Shown here piece by piece: positions 54,352 through 64,000 of a stretch of DNA of 64,000 nucleotides (positions are counted from its first letter, which is position 1; each line of letters starts with the position of its first letter). The stretch covers positions 127,348,001-127,412,000 of the forward strand of contig OX597815.1 of the NCBI GenBank assembly GCA_951406725.2, read 5' to 3'. The notes below the pieces were generated by a model. The model was not told where the DNA came from, ran no database searches, and saw only the letters and a list, made by a program, of their open reading frames with translations. The translations under genes and the position numbers were made by a program. The DNA comes from Octopus vulgaris (lineage: Eukaryota).

Positions 54352-56023
54352 TGCAGATTTGTATGTTTTATGTATGTATCCTCAAACATATAGTTACATA
54401 TCTAGACATGCTCATATATATTTAAATGATAAACTTCTGGTAAGTTTTACAGATATTTACAGTTCCAGTCATGGATTCGATCTGTAGTCTTCAAATTAGC
54501 TTTCTCCTTTCTGGTTTTGAGAAGCCTAATTTCTCAAGATTGGTATTTAGGCAGTGTGTTACATATCCCAGGGTCCCAATAATTACAGGTATAAACCTGA
54601 ACTTGTAATCTGGATAGAGTAAATGCAGATTTCTCAATAGTTTAGCATACATGTTCTCTTTTTCACTGATCTTCAGCTTTATGTTAACATCTGCTGGGCA
54701 GCTAATTTCCACAGCTGTGCACAGTTTCTCTTCTCTATCCCAAATCATTATCTCAGGTCTGTTGTGCATACATTTTATTGAGGTCTACACTAGTACATTC
54801 CAACAGTATTCCATTTCATTATGAGTGGCTATGGTTTCTACCATATTGTGGGCTTTTATTTCTTTGTCCTCGGGATTATCCTTCCAACAGATTTTATTTT
54901 AGAGTGCTCTAGCTAAAACCTCATGTTTCATCAGTAAATAATATCGTGATGACATTTTTGGACAACTGCTTATGATGTCGGTGATATCTTCAGTGCGGAC
55001 TCCACAAAGTCTGCATCAGTTGTCACATTTTATGGCTTTTTCTGCATCTCTATCCCATTTGTGCATCAAGTACTTGGTTGATATTTCCTGTTCCTGGATT
55101 GCAAACACATACCCTTCAAAGTGGGAGGTAGTAATCTGGCTATTATCCATGATAAACTGCTTGATGATCGATGTTACTATCATCATGGAGTTTTCTACAA
55201 ACATATCCATGCATAGTCTTCTGCTCATTCTTTCATATGGTGATATGTCGCGGTAGGGTCATATTCAAGGTTACCAGACAAAGAGTGTTGCTAAAGGAGC
55301 TTCCTTCCAAATCTTATGATGTTATCAGCCTCATGTATGCAAAATTGGTCAAGGGATGCACTTCGACGTTTGGTGGTCAAAAGATGTTACCAAAGGGATA
55401 TGATGTGACATTCAAAGGCATTTCGGATCAATGTTAAGTCTCTGTTAAGTCTCTGCTGCCTTGTTTACATTTTAGGTAGAGGTGAGGGTCTATGACACTG
55501 TTTATATAGAATTTATGTGTGCCAGTTAGTATTTTTCAGGTTTTCCCAATGGCTCAAATCTCATCAAGCATCCAATCAAGCAGCCCAAATGTTGCAAACA
55601 TATTGTGGCTACTGCTTTATTGAATGCAGAGAGTTCTGAGGCTCAAATTTTCTTTATTCAACTGTAATGTTCTTTAGTGACACACGTTTTGTTACAGGTG
55701 CCATTCTAAGATATATTTTCATCCATCCCTAGATACCTGTAACGCTCCTCGTCAGATACAGGGGAAACACTCAAATCATTGATGGAGATGTTAGTGGTTT
55801 ATAGCTTCTCCCCTTTTAACAACCATATAACATTTATCCTGACCAAACTCCAACTTTACATCCTTTGAGAATGTTATAACTAGATCAAGGCTCTTTTTCA
55901 TCTCGTGCATATTCTTTGCATAAGGCTTTAAGTTATCCACAAAGAAACAGTGTGTAATTTTGGTATTTCTATTTCCTTGTGAACCAATGAGATATCCTTC
56001 AGACTTCCTTAACATGAATGACA
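54352..56023 (-). mobile_element. R4/Dong-type LINE fragment flanked by (ATGT)n
   Basis: THCFFVDNLK, FEGYVFAIQEQEI, HNRPEI..VEISCPAD..PVIIGTLG. Confidence 0.82.
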
Positions 56024-56299
56024 ATGTATGTATGTATGTATGTATGTATGTATGTATGTATAGCAAGAAAGTAAATGATAGAAAGTAGCACCCAGCACAT
56101 TTGTTTGGAATCACATATACTTCATAACAGTTTGACTCATTTCCACATGAGTTTCATGGATAGGGGGATACATTCTCTCAACAATAAGAGGTAGAGTGGT
56201 GGGTTTGAAAGAAATTCAAGATGGCTTCTACATGTTTAGATTATTATTAGTCAGCTAGTATCACATGTTATTAATGCTATCAAATTGACACCAGTTATT

Positions 56300-57090
56300 T
56301 TTTTTTAATTTTTAGTTCCATGTGTTTGGATACGATGTTGGCAAGCTGCTAGTGTCACTTTGATAATGGGCTGTGGGATGGTACATTCAGTGACATCAGT
56401 TCTGTGAATTGGGTATTGCATGTTGCGGAGTAAGATGTTAGCGCAAGTCCTGTCATCATTCAGTGGAGTTCGAACACATTAGCAGTAGTTCTACATTAAT
56501 GTTGTGACCAATATAGTAGGCAGTAGTCTATACAGGTGGCAGGGCTTAAATATCCTGCCCTTGTGTGTATAGGTCAGCAAAACCTAGATAGGTATTTGTA
56601 TTCTAAGTGGCCGGCAACTTCAAATTCATTAGCTGGGCATACAATAAGAGAGTTAATTCTTATTGATGGATACTATGGGTTGCTGGAGCATGTATAGTTT
56701 CTCATAGAGTTGGTAATTGCAAACTCCAGGTGTATAGGAAGAGATACAGTCAAAAATACTTCATTCGATATTTTGATGGTCACAGAATCTCCAGATGAAG
56801 CCAGACAGGGATAGTTTTCTCAATCCCTGCACCTGAAGGATTTCATGTGCTGTGTATAATCCTCTTAAAGTCGTGTCCATACAGTGTCTTGTGATGCCAC
56901 TGGATAGTGTAAGGGGGACTTTATAGAGAGACAGGATCCTTCAAGTGGGCAACTGGTAGGATTTTGAAAGTTACAGGTAGGAGTGTAGGTAGAAGGCTAT
57001 ATAGATATGTGTCTCTTCCTACTGTGGCATACAATGTTTGAGTGATATTAATCTAAACATATGTAGCTGACCTTCATGTTATTTCTGATG
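56300..57090 (-). mobile_element. Possible Penelope-like relic
   Basis: Weak remnants only (MKVSY..HSRK, SHSP); heavily decayed. Confidence 0.3.
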
Positions 57091-57919
57091 CTAATTAATA
57101 AGCATTTACCAAGAAATAATAAATATTATAAACTCTTCAACCTCACATAATGTCTTTTATTTCATTCACAAATTAATCATGCAAAAAAAAGAACTTCCCT
57201 CCATATAGAAGTTAACAAATATAACATGATTTATGTTTCTACAGGTTAGCAGAAAGGATAATTTTGCATTATAACCAAAGCTACTTATCTGTAGTTGAAC
57301 AGAAGGCATTTTGTTTGAAATTATAACAATGAAAGATTTAACTCAGTTAATACTCAGTTAACATGGATACAATAACTGGCATGGAGATGGTACATAAAAA
57401 CGATCCTTTTCTTGCCCACTAAGTAAAAGAAAATCTCTTATAAAACAAATTAATGATGACAATTTGGACCAGCATACTAATGAACAGACTTGATTGATCT
57501 TAAAGATCAGAATATAAATTTTAGCAAATGATAGAAAATAATGCCATGTATTTTATGCTTCAGAAGTTAGAAAGGTAACTAAAGATTGATTCCTCAACAA
57601 ATTCTGAAACTTAAGGCTAAATAAAAAATACTCTTTTATATGTTACAAAACTATTCACTTGTCTTATCTTTGGCAAAAGATATCATGAGATACAATATTG
57701 GATTTCTTTTTAAAATAACTTCTTTGAGTTTTAAGATATCACTCCAAACTAATCTATATGTCATTCCAAGGTTGTCAACAGCTACACAAATTTAGCTCCA
57801 CTTTGAACAAGAATAAAGTACAAGATTCAATCCTGATTTAATATAATTAACGATTTTACCCTTAATTCAATATTTTTACAATGTCAAAATGTTAGAAATA
57901 TTAGATTTTTAGTACTCAC

Positions 57920-58153
57920 CAATACAGTGATATTAACAACAGCAGTATCTTCCTTGACTGTTGTACCATTATCTTCAGCTTTGACTACTAACTGGATGAC
58001 ATTATCAGTCAGGTTTTCATAATCTATATTTGATGGAGTAATAATTCCATTTTGTGCATTTATGGAAAAACTGTTTGAAAGGCCTTGACTAGCATTTACT
58101 ATTGAATATTTTACTTGAGAATTACCTGAATTCTCTTTATCAGCATCAGTTGC
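57920..58153 (-). CDS. Cadherin exon 3 (ATDADKENSGNSQVKYSI...IDYENL...AEDNG...VNITVL)
   Basis: atag/gtgagt boundaries; 234 nt open frame with DxD, DYE and AxDxG motifs; read manually, absent from ORF track. Confidence 0.93.
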
Positions 58154-58949
58154 CTATAGTGAAAGAGAAATCAACAAGAAATTACTCTTCAAACCAACCA
58201 CTTTTACAAAAATAATACATAATAATTACAAAAGAGAATTCCCAAAAACCCATCTGCCTCATGATTTACAGCCACTTTAGAAAAGAAAAAAGAAATAATA
58301 TATATGTGAGAAAGTGTGTGTATATTTGTTTACACATACACACATATATAGAAAATCACCTTTTGAGCATTGGGCCTCATGGAGAAATGTGGCTCAAGCT
58401 GATGTTGCAGAGCTAGCAACTGTGTTGACGGTCTTATATCTAGACATAGTGCTGATGTTCTTATATGTAGACATGGTGAATTTATAGTCACAATAAATAG
58501 GGGTATGGAAGAGTATCTGACATTAATTGATTTATCACCAGCAGCAAGAACTTAACTGTCAATTCCCAAAGGAGATGTAGAATATTTGCTGCAATGGATC
58601 TTTTGATTGTGATAAGGATAAAGATGAATCACCATTACACTTTCTTCACCCCCATCGATATTTTCTTCTGCCACTCTAAATTATAGTCGGCTTTAGCTAT
58701 TTTCTCCTAAAGTTCATTCTGCTACAATAATAGCAATAAGCTATGTAATTCTTTTATTCTCTAGTTCTGATGAAAAATTTGATAAAAAATTATAATGGAG
58801 TATCCTGTATGTTGAAAACCTACATGGTCTTATGCTTCCAAGGAAAGCAGTTTATTTCAAGTTGATGTAATGCTTGCATTGATCAATTAAATGCATTAAC
58901 ACCGGGACATCCTTGTTACTTATTTGTTGTGTGTGTGTGTGTGTGTATT

Positions 58950-59873
58950 AGCTCACAAGGAATGAAGCCAGTATGATCTGATGGATGTGTAATGTCAGTG
59001 TGCATACTCAACAGAGTGTACGTACCTTGAGACAAAAGTTGGACATAAGAAGCATAAGATGCAGTGTGCAAGAGAGACGACTGCACTGTATGGTCATGTG
59101 GCAAGAATGGATGAGGATAGCTGTGTGAAAAAGTGTCACACCCCAGCAGTTGAGGGACCTGTGGAAGAGGTAGACCCAGGAAGACCTGGGATGAAGTGGT
59201 GAAGCACAACCTTCAAACATTAGGCCTCACCGAGGCAATGACTAGTGACTGAGACTTTTGGAAATATGCTGTGCTTGAGAAGACCCGGCAAGCTAAATGA
59301 GACCATAACCTCGTGGCCTATGCCAGGGGTGTAACCAGCCCACTTATGCATACCTTTCTTTCATTGGACACTAAACTCTGCTTACGAAGACATGTTGAGG
59401 CAAGTAAAATCAAAATCAAATTCGATGACTGGCATCCGTGCTAGTGAAGTGCTAAGAGCACCATCTGAGCGTGATCATTGCTAGAGCAGCTAACTAACTT
59501 CCGTGCCGGTGGTACATAAAAAGCACCATTCGAGCGTGATTGTAACCAGTGTCGCCTTACTGGCACATAAAAAAAAACATTTGAGCAAGGTCGTTGCCAG
59601 TGCCGCTGGACAGGCTCCTGTGCAGGTGGCATGTAAAAAAGCACCATTTGAGCGTGGCTGTTGCCAGTACCGCCTGACTGGCCCTCATGCGGGCGGCACA
59701 TAAAAGCACCCACTACACTCTCAGAGTGGTTGGCATTAGGAAGGGCATCCAGCTGTAGAAACTCCGCAAGATCAAGATTGGAGCTTGGTACAGCCATCTG
59801 GTTCGCCAGTCCTCAGTCAAATCGTCCAACTCATGCTAGCATGGAAAGCAGACATTAAATGATGATGATGATG
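58950..59873 (+). mobile_element. RTE LINE 3' end; UTR carries about 60 bp tandem units; (GAT)n tail
   Basis: VEGTCGRGRPRKTW-type C-terminus; repeated gcaccat..gagcgtg..gccag..ggcac.taaaa units. Confidence 0.85.
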
Positions 59874-60490
59874 TACATATACATATATATATATATGTAT
59901 ATTTTTACAGATACACACACACGGGTGAGTGGACAAAAAGAAGCACTCAACACATTTAGTACTGATTATCCAGAGGAATAGATCTATGTTTTTAACAATT
60001 ATTATTTAGAAAGTTTCTATGATTATGCATTGAAATGATTTTTTTTATAGAAGGTCTTATGAAATAACTGGATTTTATATTATTCTTGTTGAATTTGAAG
60101 TTTACCTTTGTAGAAGGGTTTCTACAGAAGAGAGTTGTTTTGTCATAGATTTTATAACATTCTAGTTAAATGGCAGATTTTCTAGATTATATTTCACTCC
60201 ATGGTGCAGATTTTTGCTCTTTTAAAGAGTGTATAGTATATACTACTGCGTTTTTGAAGTAGTCATCTACAAGAGACTAGATTACATTTATCACAAACAG
60301 CAACAAAAAAAATACAGAGAAATAAATACAATTTGCTTCAATCCAGCAGCCAGAATCCATTGAATAAAAAGCTAAATGCTAAAAAGTGTTGACAAGAATA
60401 ATTTCTGTAATTATATGAGACTACAGTGAAATCTATTTCCTGCAAACACATCAAGACAATGGAATAAAATACAGACAAGGAATAACTTAC

Positions 60491-60728
60491 TTGAACAGTG
60501 ATTTCATACTCAAAACTGGTTTTGCCCTCTTTCAGAAGTCCAGTATAGAATTTTGGTCTGAATATAGGGGCATTATCATTAATGCCCTCCACAAAAACAT
60601 CTAAATCAACAGTCGCTTTTCGATTACCACCATCAGTGGCTTCAACAAGTAAACTATAAAAAGTTACTTTTTCATAATCCAACTTCTTTAAGACTGATAT
60701 AGTACCACTTTTGCTGTCTATAGTGAAA
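60491..60728 (-). CDS. Cadherin exon 2 (FTIDSKSGTISVLKKLDYE...ATDGG...INDNAPIF...EITVQ)
   Basis: acag/gtaagt boundaries; LDYE, AxDxG and NDNxP motifs; 238 nt, phase 2 to 0; overlaps ORF 60338..60682. Confidence 0.95.
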
Positions 60729-61199
60729 CTGTTTCAGAAGAGAAAATGAGAAGACATATACAAAACTAGAAAAAGCAAAAATAAGTGAAACCGAATTGAT
60801 TAATTTTAAGAGGGAGAGATTTTGTCGATTATATTGACCCCCAGTACTTGACAGTGTTGTTTTATTTCCCACTGAAAAGATGGAAGACAAAGTTAGCCTT
60901 AGTGGTATTTGAACTTAGAATTTAAAGAGCTGGAAGAGATGCTGCTAAATATTTTGTCCAATAATAACTGTTTCTAATATAGGCACAAAGTTTGAAATTT
61001 AGGGGACAGAGTTAGTTGATTACAACGACCCCTGTACTTGATTGGTACTTCACATAAAGCTATATATCATCCAAAAGGGAGGAATTATCTGACCATATCC
61101 TTTTCCAATATTATAAGCTATTTTGACTTATACCAAACTGAGTGGCACCAAGGCCAATGGTTTGTAATGCCAACAGCTCCATGAAGAAATGTTGTTCAC

Positions 61200-61940
61200 T
61201 CAAATGGATGGAACTCGTGGAAGAGGGAGACCCAGGAAGACATGGAATAAATTACTGATGGATGACTGCAGAACACTGAACCTTTTGGACAAGATGACAA
61301 AGGACTGAGATACCTGGTGCCTTGCTGTACTTAAGAAGACCCATCCTCCACAGCAGAAGTGTTAAGGCCACATCCCCTGGTGAAAAGGATTGGCCTGCAA
61401 GAGTCTTGTGCTAGTGCCACATAAAAAGCACTCATGCCAGTGCTACGTAAAAAGCACTTGTGCCAGTGGCATGTAATGCTCATGCCAGTGGCACATTAAA
61501 AGCACTAAGCACACACTGCTGCAAAGTGGTTGGCATTAGGAAGGGTATCCAGCCATAGAAACCAAGCTAAATCAAACTGGAGCCTACTACAGCTTCCCAG
61601 CTTGCCAGTCCTGGTCAAAGTGTCTAGCCCATGACAGCATGCAAAACAAACATTAAAAGATGGTGGTGATAGTTGTGGTGGTGGTAGTGGTGGTGGTGGT
61701 GGTAGCAGCAGTGATGATGATGATGATGCAATAGGAAATAATAATATTTGCTATCTCGAAATCGATCAATGGAAATCGATCAATGGAAATTGCAGATGTG
61801 TTAACAGTGCCGGTGGCATGTAAGAGAACCTTCCGTTTCGCGACCGTTGCTAGCACCGCCCCGACTGGCCTCGTGCTGATGGCACGTAAAAAGCACCATC
61901 CGTTCGTGTCCATTGCCAGCCTCGCCTGGCCCTCGTGCCA
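61200..61940 (+). mobile_element. RTE 3' end fragments
   Basis: GRGRPRKTW remnant, tggcattaggaaggg.atccagc UTR motif, 60 bp units. Confidence 0.7.
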
Positions 61941-62332
61941 TTAGATAAGAGTTTTTACAATTTTTAGAATATCTAAAACTTAAACAGAGACTCGGAGTAT
62001 TAGATTAGGTAATTTATTTTATCCTAATCTGAATCAAAGAAAGTTTGTCATTCATTTAGATGATCTATGAAATTTGAACCAATTAACTTTTTACTATAAT
62101 ATTTATAATAACACACACATTATTCCATCATCAGTAATATTTAACAAGACAAAAGTTTTCCATGCATCTATAAGTATACGTCTGGCATTTTACTTTATAA
62201 TGTTATCAACAAATTAAAATTTATGATATAAAGCAATGCTAAATGTAAGATACAAAGAAAGGAACCAGCAATTAGATTCAATTTCAACTTTCATATACAA
62301 ACAAAATCACAATCTGAATATTATTTACTTAC

Positions 62333-62394
62333 CTATTGTCTCCAAATATTGCATATGTCACTTCTCCATCTTTGCCTAAATCATCATCAGTAGC
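62333..62394 (-). CDS. Cadherin internal exon 1 in window (ATDDDLGKDGEVTYAIFGDN), phase 0 to 2
   Basis: tttag acceptor and gtaagt donor on minus strand; AxDxD cadherin motif; phase matches next exon; too short for the ORF track. Confidence 0.9.
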
Positions 62395-63549
62395 CTAAAA
62401 CATAAATAAATATTTCCATAACTGAAAAAATTTGCTAAGATATTATACTACAAATTAATTAATGACTAATTTTAGGGCTAAAAACTAGAAGTTGAAGAGT
62501 AAGCCATAGTTCAGCAAATAAAGAATTGCACTTTTGAAACTATTTAGATACTAATCAGTTCTGATGTAACCCAGTTTGTGTGTTCTCTTTCTCTCAAAAT
62601 GGAGCGTGAGATATTAGAGTCAGGTGAATTCAAATAAATTCAAAGCTGCAATGTTCTGTTTACTTACTACCCTGCTTTATCATTAGCTAATAGAGAGTTA
62701 AAAACTAAAATTAGAAACAATCAAATTAAACATATTTTCAAATAAGGGCTTATATAATATAGCATCAGATCTTTAAAGATGAAAATCTCCCTGTTTTGTC
62801 TAATACAAATGCTGATGTACCAACCATAAAATCCAACTAAAACTTCTATACAACAACTGAATGAGGCCCTACTTGGTCACTAAATATATTAGAAAATGTA
62901 GCTAGATCTCTTTGCAATAAACAACCTACCATCTTGAAATAAAGGAAAGAAGTAGTCCTAAATACTGGTGACTAATTCTGAAAACAATCACAATATACTG
63001 CATATTATCAATCAATTGAGACAAAGAGACACATCAATCATTAAGATATAGCAAAGATTGTCAGTTTCAAAATTTTTATCATTAACAATACTAATAAATG
63101 AAATAAAAAATGTTGCTGAAATTGAATGGAAACTAGAGACTCGGAACAAAATGTTAACCTGTAGAAGTGTGGAAGAATAGCATACCAACTACACAGAATC
63201 CTGTTTCTTATGAAAATTTTAATATCATCAAATGTACTTGCTCAACCTATTTATCTTATAACAAAAACATTTGTATACCATCATATGCAAGAAAGAATAA
63301 TGATACACATTTTATGTAGCTAGTTCTAAACTTGAGTTATACAGAAATTCATTAAAAACAAAATTTCACATTAAAAACAACATTGGTACTGGTATGGTTT
63401 GCTCCCCAGCCATATAGTTTTAGGTTCAGTCCCACTGGACAGTATCTTGGATAAGTGTTTTCTACTATAGTCCCAGGCTGACCAAAACCTTGTGAGTAAA
63501 TTTTATAAATGGAAACAAAAAGAAGCCCATTGTATATATATATATAGTA

Positions 63550-63800
63550 CCTTGAGAGAAATGTCGTACCTAAGAAGCATCAGTTAAGAAAACCATCCGA
63601 ACGTGACCGTAGCCAGTACCGCATCGACTGGCCTCCGTGCTGAGGGCACGTAACAAACACCATCTGAGCGTGGCCGTTCGCCAGCCTCGTCTGGCACCTG
63701 TGTTGGTGACACATAAGAAAACACCATCCGAGCATGGCCGTCTGCCAGCCTCGTCTGGCACCTGTGTCGGTGGCACATGAAATCACCCACTACACTCTCG

Positions 63801-63802
<2 letters not shown>
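63550..63802 (+). repeat. About 63 bp tandem units derived from the RTE 3' UTR
   Basis: accatc.ga.cgtg.ccgt..ccag repeated 3 times, then cacccactacactctc. Confidence 0.8.
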
Positions 63803-63836
<34 letters not shown>

Positions 63837-64000
63837 ATAAATATTAGGGAATAAATCCAAATTTACAAGGAAAAATCAGATTTAAGATTAAATCCAATTT
63901 AATAGTAAAATATTATATTATATCAAATTAGAGACAAAACCACTATTATGCAAATCAAACAAAGAAAGACTTAAACCAATACATAAAATAATTTATATAA

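Noticed and set aside
59435-59720. Regularly spaced repeats resembling a CRISPR array (also 63590-63800)
   Set aside because: Whole units are homologous with no unique spacers, they lie in a LINE 3' UTR, the context is eukaryotic and no cas genes are present

Overview
AT-rich, microsatellite-dense animal genomic DNA. The repeat repertoire suggests an octopus/cephalopod-type genome, but that is inference. The only host gene I can support is an internal part of a large multi-exon cadherin on the minus strand: 9 GT-AG exons from 62394 down to 15288. They splice in consistent phase into 2211 nt (737 codons, about 7 extracellular cadherin repeats). Its start, transmembrane segment and stop lie outside the window. 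The rest is intron filled with decayed mobile DNA: about 9 R4/Dong-type restriction-endonuclease LINE pieces, a nearly intact HERO-like LINE, several RTE LINEs, one Tc1, two mariners, a hAT (Buster/Charlie) fragment, tRNA-derived SINEs, foldback/MITE-like palindromes and a decayed tRNA-Arg. I see no clearly novel protein-coding system. The most interesting signals are structural: an 18 kb strand-polarised retroelement nest in (TAA)n, a twin-priming-type inverted RTE with nested transposons, a 253 bp templated insertion, a hairpin-joined internal duplication, degenerate hammerhead motifs, and a cadherin repeat that has lost calcium ligands. Exon coordinates were read base by base; most repeat boundaries are approximate. 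Family names come from motif recognition, not database searches.
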